Made by a program: the position numbers and the translations under genes
Assembly (NCBI GenBank): GCA_051362555.1
Contig: CM120645.1
Span: forward strand, 16,988,001-17,052,000
DNA: 64,000 bases
Source: Lingula anatina
Taxonomy: Eukaryota; Animalia; Brachiopoda
Direction: 5' to 3'
Shown here: positions 10,905 to 62,277 of the stretch, one piece after another
How positions within the stretch are numbered: the stretch's first letter is position 1
Layout: each line of letters starts with the position of its first letter
Notes under the pieces: model-generated
The model's database searches: none
The model's input: only the letters and a program-made list of their open reading frames with translations
What the model was told of the DNA's origin: nothing

Positions 10905-12177
10905 CAGAGGGTGACAAAGTATTGCACCATCTGCTTGAATTGTGTGCATTGTGACGGGGGGGGGGGGGGGGTCGTTTGTAAAAAGAGATCTGTGACGTAT
11001 TTTCATCCATGTGCACTATAAAGAATGCCATTAAAGGTGTAACGCCCATTTGGATGTCAGTTAAGTTTCTACCATGGTGCAGGTTTTGGAGCTCACAAAT
11101 GAAAGAAGATAAGAAATTGTTTCTCTGAGGGACAAGGGAATAAATGTCCCCCAAGTAGTCGCCAGATATGGTGTGTCTGCATGGTCAGTCTGTATAAAGG
11201 GATTGCAGAAGGATGGGGTACACTGATGCCACCCGAAGAACACTAGTGCCAGAGACGACAGGTGTCTTTTTATGCTGTCAATTAAGGCTAAGGAGATCTG
11301 TGTCATGCCGCGAATAAGCTTTGCAGTAGTCGCTCAATTAGCAAGTTATGGCCAGCAGAAGTAATGTCCAAAGACGGCTCCATTCTACAGGAATTCACGC
11401 CAGGGTAGAAAAGAGGAAACCAACCATCACCTTGGTAAACAGACGAAAGAGAGCGCATGGGATACAAGAACCGTTGCATGGACCGTAGGTCAGAACTGGC
11501 GCCTTTTTGTAATGTATAAAATCGTCAGCCAATTATGCCTGCCTGCTAGCAGTCCACTTCAATAATGGTTCGGGGATGCATTGCTTTCTAAGAAATTGGT
11601 GAACTGAGGTTAGTGCATCGAAACCTGAGCCACAAGCGTCACACTGAATTTCTAGATCAGCACCTTTTACCATCGGTGGAAAACATTTTAGGATTGGAAT
11701 CATCCGTTCATCTTCCAAGATTTTAACGCTACACCCAACAGGCCCATGCAGGGCTATACAAGAGTGACCTTACCAGCCTGGCATCAATAGGGTGGATTGG
11801 CCTGCCCAATCACCAGACACAAACCTCATTGAAAACCTCTTGAATGAGATTGTAAGTAAATTGACATAGCACAAACGCTCTTACCCATAGTTTCTTATAA
11901 CAGCTTAGGCAAACAGCCCCCAGAAGATTACTGAACCGTTATTAGGCTACACCCAGAAGGATAGTAGTATATTGAGAACACGAAGGTACACTGTATCCTT
12001 CAGAATATTAATACTGACATAATAGCATGGGTATGTAAGTGCAAATTACTGGTCTATAAATCTGGAGTAAAGATACTTATATAACCGGTTTTCAATAAAA
12101 CACTAATTGAAAAACCTAACAAATTCAGCTTTTGTTTCCCATTAAGCAACTGGTGCTATGCTTTTGTCACCCCTCTG
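10905..12177 (+). mobile_element. Decayed Tc1/mariner transposon
   Basis: TA|CAGAGGGTGACAAAG...CTTTTGTCACCCCTCTG|TA. Relic motif DWPAQSPDTNLIENL at ~11795-11840 corresponds to Tc1 WP..SPDLNPIEN.W. No intact ORF. Confidence 0.88.
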
Positions 12178-14396
12178 TACTTTTACAGACACATTTGATA
12201 GGTTCGTGCGATGTGCAGTAGTGGGGCAGGTGAGGGTGGGGGGGAGGGGGACCGTGTCCAGATTAGTAACGCAGTTGGCAAAAATAACCTGTTTATTTGT
12301 ATTAAAGGTCTGTTCCCCGAGATTTTCTCAGCCCACAGATTGGAATATATAGGAACTGCACACTAAAATTACGTCAGACATTAGGAAACGCTTTACTTAT
12401 TGAAAAATTAAAATATATGTTTTCTATGTATATTGAGAGTTAACCTTGCCTGGTTTATACCTAATTCAGCTTATGTAATCTGCAAAGTTGCATACATGTG
12501 TTCTGCACGCCCAGGGTTCCTTTCTGTTGGTTTTTAACATTTGATTTGATTCGCCCCTTTAAAGGTTTTACTTTTTAGATTAAAAATTTTACCTGGTTCA
12601 AATCTATTTTCAAACAGCCAAGAAAAAGAACATAACAATAAAGTCAAATTATCATATCTGTCCATTCAGAGACATTCAATTCATTATCTTCCGATTGAAG
12701 CTGCAAGAAGAAAATAGGAAAATAGTAACGGTTCAAAAAATGTTCAGTTCAAGCAAGTTTTAGTTTCACAAAGGACGCAAAACACCGGCTGATCCAAATT
12801 CAGTGTTGATTCTGTGTTGCTTGTTAATTGTGTTGATTGTATGTTTTAGCCAAAATTTCATGAAATATCCTTTACCCGTATCTCACCCTAACACAGCATA
12901 CCACTAGTTTAAATGACACTAATGAAGAAAATACTGATTTCTTTTTTCTCTAGGAAAAACGTCTTATTTCCATTGAAGATCAAGCGACCAGGAGGCGCAT
13001 TCGAGAAAAGAAAGGCTTTTGGTGCTGTTTGGAATTCGAGCATGACCAAACGAATAAATCCTTTGAGCTTCCGTGTGGAGATGGTTTTGACGAACTGTAA
13101 TCTGCCTCTATAACCCAAGGTGGACTTCATTATCTCATTTCACCGCTGTATAGCTACCCGTGCTTTTCTGTTCTACAATTTTGGCATCAGTTACGAACCT
13201 CTGGGTTATATTACTGAATAACGACTTGACAACATCCTTGATAAACTATAAGCAATCGCTACGTCTTTCAACTATACAACCGCATTGAAATATATAATAT
13301 GAAAGTAAAAGATACTATTGTGAAAAAATTTTCGTTCATTTGTGACATTTTTTATGGTTCAATCCCCAGATTTTCAATTAATTTTTGGTCATGGAACTGT
13401 CATTAAATAAATATATAATTTATTCTATTCTTTTAAAAATTATCATGTTAATCTCATACCCAGTATTTTATGTTCGTAATGTTACCGGACCACGTGATCA
13501 ACAGTTTTAAAACGCAGAAGATATTTATATCGTCAAATTCTCCCGATTTTCCGATTTAAAATTTGTAACGTTTTACATATTTCCTATAACCTTAGAGTAC
13601 ATGTGATATCGTAAATTCAGGAACAATGTATTCCCATGGTTTAAAAGACAGATCTTGTCACTAAGACGGGGCCAACTTACCCAGGGTTCCAACTAGCCCC
13701 GGTCTCCCCTACAGCCGGAGGTGGAGTGAGCTAGGCGGCTAATAATCTTTTCAGTTGAATGCGGTATAAAGTACAGGATAAATGTTTTGTTATTATAGAA
13801 CCTAGGTCTAGGAGAGAAAGTATTGGAAATGTCTGATGTACATGTGCTATGTTACACAACATCATAATCAGGCTCAGTGGCAATAAGACGCCTTTTCCCG
13901 AGCTGTCCGAGATCAATCCGCTACTTAGATTCATTACTGTTTTGTAGTCTTCAGATAAGAATACTGGTAAGTCGGAACTTTTTTTATTCATAAAGATAAA
14001 ACATATCAACAAAACACGGGGGGCATTGCACCGGTGGTTTTAACAAAAAAGAACCCTCGTCGGGATCATGTCGATACTCCCCCGCACCGATACTCCCCCT
14101 AGTAGTATGCACATCGATAAAACCCACACCGATATCCCAGCATCGATTCGTCCCTGTAAAATTACCGTTATACGCACACCGTTACCCCCCTCCCCTAATC
14201 GACATCCCCCCCCCCCCGCATCGTTGCTTCCCCGCATCGTTACTCCCCTGATGCAATTTTCATATAACCGACATTGTTACACATCGATATTATAGATTAT
14301 ATCAAAAATAACCATATAAATTTGATGAGTTGGCCAACTAGCCAGGAGCGAGGCCTACCCTAAGGAGGATTTTTTTTCAAATGGAAAGATGCATTG

Positions 14397-17059
14397 TAGT
14401 CCGGTGGCTTAAGGAAAAAATCGTGACACGGCGGATAAAAGCACTAAATTTTGCATGTGGGTACCTTTTGACATACTAAATCAAATTAGAGCCGTAGCCC
14501 ACGCAAAAAAATTACCGTTTGGCCAAAAAATCCAAAATGGCCGCCAATTTATGGATTTCTATAGAAATGTGTACATACCTATGTTGATTTTTATCAAATA
14601 AATTATTTTCTCAGAGTTTTCCACGCCCTTATTACCCATTTTATTCATATATGTCAGATAGCAAACAAGTTCCCTTGGACTTTTTGAAAAAATCCAAGAT
14701 GGCTGTCATATGCCATAGAAACAGCCATAGAAATACTAGTGCACATCTAATACCAGCTAGAAAGATACGTTGTCCACTATCAAATTAAGTCTGTTTCTCA
14801 GATTTTTGTTACCCACATAATATGTTTGTGGTGAGTAACTACGAAGTGTTCTTAGGCATTTCGAAAATCCAAGATGGCTGCCATGTGCCACAGGAATTCT
14901 AGAATTCAACTAATGGCAACTGGAAAGATTAATTTTCCACTATCAAATTAAGTTTGTTTCTGGGTGTTTTCCACATCCTGTCCACCCACACAATATGTAT
15001 GTGGTAAGTAACTAACATGTATTCCTGGGCATTTTGAGAAAATCCAAGATGGCCGCCATATGTCATAGGAATACTTGTAGTATTACAAAGGGTTGGAACT
15101 AATGACAGCTAATTCACTATCAAATTCAGTTTTTTTAGTGTTTAACACATAATTATTACACCGTGATACAAAACTAGCAGGTAATAAATGTGCATATTTG
15201 GTCATTTTGAGAAAATCCAAGATGGCCGTCATTGGCCATAGGAATACTACTGGAATTACAACTGCACATCCATGGCTTTTCATCTACTGCCAGGGTGCAA
15301 TTGTGTTTGCTTATCAAGTTTTGCCCATCCTTATTAGTCCTATGATATATATCTGGTGGGTAAATAGTGTGCATCCTTGGATATTCTGAGAAAAATCCAA
15401 GATAGCTACATTTTGACATAGGAATACAAATGGGCGGGTTTCAATTGCTGCTAGAGAGGCATATGGTTTATTATACAATTACATTACCATGGGTTTCTTT
15501 TAAAAATAATTTATATTTTTCATTTCATTTATTATTACTTCTATGTTGTATACCTGGTCTGTAGCATGTGTGTATCTTTGGGTATTCTGGAAAAAATTCA
15601 AGATGTCTGCCTTTTGTCATTAGAATATTTGAACACATAATCAAATAATGCCCGAGATACAGTGATTACAATTTTTAAAAATGCAATTAACTTTAGATCG
15701 TTTTTAAATGTTTTTCATATCCTATTTATCCTTATGAAAGACTCTGTGTGTGTAGAAAGTGTATGTATCCTTGAGTATTATTCGGAGAAAACCCAAGATA
15801 GCTGCCACTTGTCATAGGAATATATCATTCAAACGCAAATAGGTGTCAATTAATGGAACAGTTCAGACATTGATTCCAACATGAAATAAAGCCGTTTGAT
15901 GTTCAAACATGTTGACATCCTTATTAACCTTACTCTATATAAATCTGGTGTGTAGCAAGTGTGCATCTTGCACATTTGAGAAAATTCAAGATTGCTGCAA
16001 TTCACAATAGGAATAGTACATTCAAAAACTGCCAGAGAGACATTGGGCTCAGTGTAAAATTAATTTTGTTTTTCTGTATTTCCCACTTTCTTTTTGGACT
16101 TTGAGATATCTATCTGGTGGGTAACAAGAGTATACCCTTAAGTATTTTGACAAAATATCATGATTACCCTCATTTGCCTTAGAAGTGCCTTTACAATCTA
16201 ATGCAGTTTTCCTATAGGGAAAAGAAGGCCATCTCCAAAATGATAAAATATGGACATTAATTACCTAACAGATATGTATCATGGGATAATAATACTAAAA
16301 AAAAAACAGAATAACAACTGAATTCAGCTTCATTTTATATGTAAGCCTATCTCCCGCAGGTATTAACTGAATCCCACCTTCTATGGCTAATGGCCGCCAT
16401 TTCGTTTTGTTTTCTTTTCAAACAGGATACACATAACATTCTCATCATATATATATTATGTGAATTAAAAAGATGAGGAAAATACTCAGAAACAAACCTT
16501 ATTTATCATTTAATATTATATCTCCATGGCAGAAGAAGCCCTATGTGTATACTAGTATTCCGTTGATATGGCGGCCATCTTGGATTTTTCTCGAAATGCC
16601 TGAGAATAAAGGTTAGTTACTCACCACAAATATATTATTTGTGTAATAAGAAACAATTAGATAGTGGGCAATGCATCTTTCTAGACGGCATTAGTTAGTT
16701 GAAAACCTGTGTACATGATCTAGTATTCCTATGCCATATGGCGGCCATCTTGGATTTTTCAAAAAGTCCAAGGACACTAGTTTGTTATCTGACACATGCA
16801 TAATATGGGTAATACGGATGTGGAAAACATTGAGAAAATACTTAAAATTTGATAAAAATCAACATAGGTATGTATATATTTCTATAGAATTTCACAAATT
16901 GGCGGCCATTTTGGATTTTTTGGCCAAACGGTAATTTTTTTCCATGGGCTACGGCTCTTATTTGATTTAGTATGTCAAAAGGTACCCACATGCAAAATTT
17001 GGTGCTTTTATCCGCCGTGTCACGATTTGGCCATTTTTTTGCCCTAAGCAACCGGACTA
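14397..17059. mobile_element. 2.7-kb non-autonomous foldback DNA transposon with long TIRs (Academ-like)
   Basis: Ends TAGTCCGGT...ACCGGACTA, flanked by TTG on both sides. Inverted arms exceed 300 bp (14420-14780 vs 16660-17025). The motif AAAATCCAAGATGGCYGCC recurs inside. No ORF. The superfamily call rests on TAG..CTA ends and a 3-bp TSD. Confidence 0.8.
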
Positions 17060-17689
17060 TTGGGTAGGCCCATTGGTGTGTTATGTGGAAAATTTACAAT
17101 TGACTGCAGGGAAACCCTTGATGACGTTGCTTTTATGCTTTTTAATCACCTACACTTTGGACTTGATATACCCCTTTGAATAAACAATATTTCTTTTAAA
17201 TTCCAAGCCCAACGGACAATAGAATTTAGTTGCTATGCTCATTAACCGTATTTGAAATAAAAAAATTGGGGTCCGCCATATAGATAAACGTCCCAATAAA
17301 ATATTCGTCCCGATAGATACGTCTCTATACATACACGTTTCAATAGATTTACGTCTCGTTAAATTTACGTTCCGATAGATCCACCAACAGATTCCTATAA
17401 ACCCACGTATCTTTAGATCCAGGTACCGCTAGATCCATCTATCTGACATCGTAATCGGCTAAAAGGCCGATATCAACTTGTGATACAGGTATGAGGCTTT
17501 CGAGTGATAGTCTGGCTGCGAATACTGATCCACTTAGTGATCTGACTTAATTACAACCTGATATTTATTATTTATTCATTTATTTATGTATTTATATATT
17601 TATTAGGTGTTCAAACAAGACATACATGTACGTTCGCGTCTACACGTGTATCACTCAAGTTCGGGAACGCGTCGTAAACATGAAACAGA

Positions 17690-17960
17690 ACACATTTTAA
17701 GTGTGCAAATATTACATTTTGAGAACGCTTTAAACAGTGTTCTGGCACCAGAACACTGAGCGTTGTGAAATATAGAACACATTTTTATGTTCTTTTTTTT
17801 GTTTTGTTTTGTTTAGAACACGTGCATTAACATGAAAATTCAGAACACTTTTTACGTGTTCGAATGTTACATTTTGAGAACGCATTAAACAGTGTTCTGA
17901 CGCTAGAACAGTAAGCGTTGTGAAATATAGAACACATTTTTTTTCTTTTTGTGTTCTTTC
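17690..17960. repeat. Direct duplication with ~157-bp period
   Basis: TTACATTTTGAGAACGC.TTAAACAGTGTTCTG...GCGTTGTGAAATATAGAACACATTTTT occurs at ~17712 and ~17867. Confidence 0.75.
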
Positions 17961-18079
17961 ACTGAGTATTGTGTGAAAACGATCTAGTAGAATAATATAT
18001 ATCTGAAAGGATTAATATGTGTACTGTCGTTTTAAAGAAGTGCATTTTATGTATTATGTAGTAGTATACCAACCATTTT

Positions 18080-18510
18080 CAGGGCCGTAGCCTGAGAAAA
18101 ATGCCAGGGGGGGCAGTAAGCGGACACGAGGGGGGTGGGTGTAATATTTAGTCACTTTCCACGGTGTGGAAAATTTTTAAAAACTGTATGTATAATACTG
18201 CATTCTGGTGTCAGAAATTGTGGGTTCATTTTGCCATAAGTACAGTCATTTTTTCAACACAACACGCCAATTGGACTTTTTGGCATGAACTGAGTTGGCT
18301 AAAAACAGTACACCTTTGTAAACAGATTGTTGAATGATTGTCTAGTGGCCATGAGTGCATTTTCTCACAGATTTGATACCAACTTTGCAATTATTTATTT
18401 TTTTTTTACCTTTGCGATTATTATTTTTTTTTTTGCACCTCAAATCCCAGGGGGGGGCAGCTGCCCCCCCCCCCCCCTGCCCCCCTCCCCCCCCGGAGGC
18501 TACGGCCCTG
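18080..18510. mobile_element. hAT-like MITE with 5-bp TSD
   Basis: TIR CAGGGCCGTAGC...GCTACGGCCCTG flanked by ATTTT on both sides. Confidence 0.8.
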
Positions 18511-19000
18511 ATTTTGAGCAAAAGCATACCTGTAATGGATCTATCGGTATTTGGATCTCAAAATACGTGGATCTATAGGTATGTGGATTTAAAGAACGTG
18601 GGTTTATGAGGACGTCGTATCTATAGGAACGCAAATATATAGGACAGCAGTAAAAAATCGGATCTATCGGTATTTAAATCTAAAAAGACGTTTTTTCAGT
18701 TTTTCCTTTATGTATCTATCGGTAACGGGAGTATAGGGACGTGTAATATTTTGGGACTAAATTTTATCCGTACGTACCCAAAAAATTCATCTACCGACCA
18801 TCATTGCCTGTAGAAATAGTCTGAAAGTTCGTTGGTCCGAAGGTTCGATAGTCCGAGTAAAGTCAATAATGCATTATTGGTAATATATTCTTGATAAAGT
18901 GGATAGTGTAATGGTAATTAAGTTAAGTTCATCAGAGGGGCGTTCATACAATTTTTAACGATGAACCTTTAGATTATCGAGACGCCCTCATCAGTGCGGC

Positions 19001-19364
19001 GGGGGCGTCTCGATAGTCCGAAAGTTCATTGGTCCGAAGGTTCATTGGTCCGAAAAGTAGTAACATTTTCATCGATTTTTTAATCAAGGGTTCATTGGTC
19101 CGAAGGTTCTATAGTGAACATTCGGACCAATGAACCTTCGGACTATTGAACCTTCGGACTATCGCTACGGCCCCGCTAGGACGTTAAGGGGGGGCCGTAG
19201 CGATAGTCCGAAGGTTCAACAGTCCGAAGGTTCATTGGTCCGAATGTTCACTATAGAACCTTCGGACCAATGAACCCTTGATTAAAAAGTCGATGAAAAC
19301 GTTACCACTTTTCGGACCAATGAACCTTCGGACCAATGAACCTTCGGACTATCGTGACGCCCCC
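19001..19364. mobile_element. Two ~175-bp MITE copies in inverted orientation forming a ~360-bp palindrome (MULE-like)
   Basis: Copy A 19001-19174 and copy B 19191-19364 are near-perfect reverse complements built from GGTTCATTGGTCCGAA subrepeats. Copy B is flanked by a 9-bp direct repeat CGTTAAGGG. A third, older copy lies at ~18825-18987. Confidence 0.8.
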
Positions 19365-20629
19365 CGTTAAGGGACGAGGATGCTCAATTCCTCGCCCTGT
19401 CCCGAGGGTCGGTGCTGGAGTTTCAATCGACTGGTGCATTAACTGATATGAAGAAAAAAGTGTTTAATAGGACAACTCCTTACTATGTCTATGGATATAA
19501 TGCCAATCAGGAAATATAAAATCACCGATAATACTTAACATCTACTCAGACCACAAAATGTTCAATTCTAATAAGATCAAATATTTTTTGTAACTAAGTT
19601 CTTTTGTACGTGTTAAACGGAGATTGATAATTAGGAAAGCACTTGATCTTTCGAGGATCTCATAAAGCTGCCTGGAGATAATATGGCATCTGTCAATCAG
19701 CTGTCACAAAACAACATGTCAGCAAATGTAATTTGGGTCAATCGGTAATCAATTCCCGATTTAATAGTCGATGCAGCTGTCTAACAATAAATTGGTTGGT
19801 TTAGTCTAATACTCAGGTGCTTTAAAATGCTTTTAACATCTCTGATGTTGTATTCACTGATATTTGTTTTTATTGAGAAAGAAGGGTGACAAGGGGGGGG
19901 GGCACAGGAATTCTGTGGAAATAAGAAGTGTGCTACTAATCAATATATATATCAACAACACAAAGACAACAGGATCCACATCTAGTATTAGCTAGTGGAT
20001 CAGGGGTCGGCCTGAGGCGGCTTTTACTCAACAAACAACACGAATGCACGAAGGACAATTTTTCTTAATACATAAAATACAGAAGATTTAAAGTTTTTTT
20101 AAATCTTATTGATAGAGAGATAACATACAAGTAAGTATTCAGAAAAATAGAAATTATATGTTAAACTTTTTAATTTTCACAATATTACCCGACTTAATTT
20201 GATAATTGGTTACAATGATACGTAAAGATGGCTCTAAACTACAGCCACTGAACGGAAGCAGGCGCGGTTACCAGGCTATGCAAGAAATGTTACATAAATA
20301 ATTGAAAGGTTTTGAAGAGAAGCACTCCATTTGACGTACCTGTGGGTATTTGATATAAGGCATCGAAGGTAAAGCTTTGTAAGTTTATTCAGCTTTCAAT
20401 GAAATTGTATACTTGGTTGCCCAGCATATGCACATGAAACCATCTCTGATATACGTAAGTTGCTATTATCAGCTTTCCGTAATTAACGAATTTAGGTGTA
20501 ACATGGAGACTACAATTGCATATTACACAGAAAAAACATAGAGACTGTGGCACAATTGTTTATTAAACAAAAACCGCCTAGTTTATTTGATATTGAAAAA
20601 AAAAAAAACTGTGGCAACTCGTCGAGTGA

Positions 20630-20830
20630 AGCCCCTTTCACACTGGACGGCGTCCTTTCTGCGTCCCGTAGTACGGCCCTGTTTGGAAAAATAATACGAT
20701 GCGTGCCGACAGCTGGCCGATCATTGGGCATTCATTCTCCAACCAAAGCGATGCTTGTGCCTCCTTTCTACGACCACAGCGCTGCCAGTTTGACGGTCGC
20801 ACGAAGGACGCAGTCCAGTGTAAAGGGGGT
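20630..20830. mobile_element. PIF/Harbinger-like MITE
   Basis: TIR AGCCCCTTTCACACTGGAC...GTCCAGTGTAAAGGGGGT flanked by TGA on both sides. Confidence 0.75.
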
Positions 20831-21479
20831 TGAACAGACTGTAGTCACTATTATGCCCCCCTCCCCTGAGCCCACTTTTTTCCCCAAACACACCAGCCTT
20901 TAAGCCAAATGTATACTAGTACTCGATACTTACATGAGTCATCAATATATCTGATGACGCCGCAGACCTAGACCTAGTCAGCTGAGGTACCCTTTTATTT
21001 ACCCCCCCCCCTGTTGCTGATTTGCTTATCTTTTTTGTTTATAACATCATTGTTATGCTTTGTTTTGTAAAATGGCTAGGCCCACTCAAAATTTGCTTTC
21101 AAAAATGATCTTGCTCAAAGGGCGAGACAAATCTTGTAAAACTACACAGCAGTAGGGCTACCAATATATTGTCCCTTTACCACTTTACTCAGAGGAGAAA
21201 AAGTTCGACTCATCATCCAAGATACTGAGATAACCGTAAGTTTTGCAAATTAGCACAAATATATGAGAGTTGCTTGTTACTTGTTTTTTGCCTATATCTT
21301 AGGCCTACTCGTTTTACATTTTATCACGTACAATTCATGACGACTGCATCGTCAAAAATATCAAAAATGTTAAAAATGTTAACTTTAAATTAGGAAAAGT
21401 AAAGTAAAAAAGAAAATAGTATACATATCTGGCATTATTCTTCCCACTTCTTTTATTTATTCATTTATTTTTTATCCCC

Positions 21480-21794
21480 GTCACTACCGGCCAAGCGCCT
21501 GTAAACATTTATCGCCCAAACCCTCCTGCCAGCCAATTTGCAGCCACCTAGCGGCGATCTTTGAAACAATATTTCTCGCGTATTCTCGCCAGTGTGCGAG
21601 AGTTCGCCATCTTTAACAACCTATAAACAAATGGATGTAGCGGGTGAATGAAAATTTGTCATATATTCCAGAATGAAGGGCCATATATGTATTTCAGTCA
21701 AAGACGTATTTTAATAGAAGAGGTTGGAATGAATCAGCACTGAAGATTAGGTAGGAAATAATGCAACAAAAAGCGGATGCTAATAGAAATCACG

Positions 21795-21834
<40 letters not shown>

Positions 21835-22440
21835 TAGCTCTCTCTCTCTGAAGGCTAAAGTACTATGAAGAAAAGATGTCATTCAATTTTCTGCGCGTTT
21901 CTTTCAGAGACGCACCCTGACTGACTATTATTTAAAAGCAATTAAACAGTGAATAAGACCAATAAAATCACAACGCTTGACTCTTTGTTATTGATTTTAT
22001 CATAATAAAGCAATGAAGCAGAGAATGCATGCAAATACAGTATTGACCCATTAGAGCCTGCGTCATCAAAACAAACGGCAGCCATACTGGAGGGAGACCG
22101 GAATCGTCTGCTGCGCATGAACAAGCCACGTCTGTAGTTCAGTTTTCGTGTTCTGTATTTTCTTTGATATTTAACCGCTCAAAATGATGAATTACTGCAG
22201 GTTATTTGATCGAGAGAAGATAACTAATTATATAAGCGTTCACAGACTGCCTGCAGTGGTAACAATCCATGGTGAAGGAACTAAAACCATAAACGGAGGA
22301 GAGACGGCGAGGTGGCTTTGAATCAAGACTCTTCGGAAAAGTAAAGGATAAAACTAATTTATTTTATAGCAAAGAATGAAGAGCCAGCTGTGCAGATTTT
22401 ACCATAAAAGAAAAAACAGTAGAAAACCAAAGACCTAGGT
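21480..22440 (+). promoter_or_regulatory. Probable promoter / 5' UTR exon region of the WD40 gene
   Basis: Local CpG enrichment that drops off in the downstream gene body. CTCF-like GCCACCTAGCGGC (~21543), TCTCGCG, YY1-like CGCCATCTT (~21605). Candidate donors AG|GTAGGA (21751) and AG|GTGTGT (22439). Confidence 0.4.
21795..21850. repeat. (CT)n/(CA)n compound microsatellite
   Basis: Seen directly. Confidence 0.85.
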
Positions 22441-24374
22441 GTGTACGTTTGGGGCGCACGTACACTGCATATGTATTTAAAGTAGTGCCCAAAAAGTTTG
22501 GGTGGAGAGTGTGTTAATTTGTTAAAACGTGTGGAAATACCCAGGCAGGGTTTCGACTTTTATAATGAAGACTCACCTATTGCCTTGGGTGTAATTTGTT
22601 ATCAGTTACGGTGCTCTCTAGATTTTATCGGCTGTCACCTACCTCTTTAATACCTGGTTAGCATTATTGCCAATTAGTGTCAAGGCTATATTTGTACTGC
22701 ACACAGCTGAGCTGGGCCAATTAAATCAATTACCTGTATGAAGTGTATTTGGAAGTTAGTGACTTAATTTTCGATTTGGTGTAGTGATAAGAGTAATTTT
22801 ATTTTGCAAGTAAATTCTACCTCAGGTGTAATTGACATATAACCTCATGAATTGCACTTTCCTCCGTAAAAATGTTAAAATTCTGCTCCTTTCAACTGTA
22901 ATGTTGTAAGTTACAATATGATTAAAAATCACTATTGTTATCTTTCTATTAATTTACATTTAGGAAATTGATCAGGCATTTCCCACCAAGCCACACTGAT
23001 TGGGTGCAAGTAAATTATCAAAAATAAATAAATAAATAAATAAATAAAATAAAATAAAAATAACGGAAGCTTTTGATGACAGGTACAAAAGGCACCTAGA
23101 TGACACACAAGGTAGAAGCAGCAAAAAATATTCCTGGATCTTTGTGACCAGCTGAGGAGACAGGATCTGAACATCAGGAGAGTGAAATCCAGTGTATGAA
23201 AGGAGTTATTTAATTGAAGCAACACTCAGAACTCAGCATTTCATGTTCACTTTTATTCATACAAAATGTGCACTTTTCCTATATGTTTAAGCAAATGGTT
23301 GCAGAAATGAAGACCAATTCATGAACTGAATTATTGATATTTTACATTGCACATCATAAATACACAAGTGTGAAAAATGCCTTGCTTCTGTGAATGACTG
23401 AATAATAAAAAAATCCTAACAATGTTGCTTATATGAATGGTTGCATTCATGGTGAATATTAAACTCTCTCAAACAACAGTCTTGTTACTAGTACATGTAC
23501 TTTCTAATGAACCAATATGAAGTACAAGAATGCTGAAATAATTTCTGACAGCTTCACGATGTAGAGATAAGTCATAACTGACAGCAATATTTCATGTCAT
23601 AAGACAATCCTGCATACATTCTCACTTGAGTCCACAAGGGTTTATCCTGATGATCAGCTCAAATTTCTCCTTATATCTATCCTTTATGAAAAAAGTTGCT
23701 TCTATGTAAGGTTAAACTTATGATTACACATTAAACTCTCTCAAACTATAACAGTTATTACCCAATGAACAAGAAAAATGAAGTACAAGATGACTGAACT
23801 ATCTTCTGACAACAAGATGTTGGATAAGTAGCATTTGGTAGGATTTCACGTTTTTAGACTGTCTTGAGTTCATATTGGTCGATCCCGCTAATCAGCTAAA
23901 TCTTCAGCTTGTATGTATCCTTATCCCTTTGGTGTACCTGATCGCGATATGAAGTTTATTTTATTTTATTTGGTTCACCTATATTACCGCTACTATTCCC
24001 CGTCGTTCATTCCCTCCAGCATGGCCGCGGGACTAGTGTTACGGAGCAAATATGACGTCACTGTAATGGGTTAATATTTAAACTGTTACAAAATTTGTTT
24101 ATTTCAAGTCAAATGGTACGATTCCAGTACTATAGTCTAAGCTCACTGAGCAACTTCTTAATTCAAGCTACACTGTACATTTACTGTATGATACTGTAGT
24201 GTATGATCTATGTACATGTACATGTATGAGCCTGAACCATTTGAAATTACTAGTAAAATGAGAAGAAAAAGGAGCTGTCACTTTGCTTTGAATGAATATT
24301 TTTTGTCATTTTAAATATTTTAGGGTGGTTAACAAGAGAGTGTCCATGTGAAGAAAAATACTAGTAGCTTGGTT

Positions 24375-62277
<37,903 letters not shown>

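Noticed and set aside
20547-20903. 118-aa ORF
   Set aside because: Runs through a Harbinger-like MITE and a poly-A run; no domain is recognisable.
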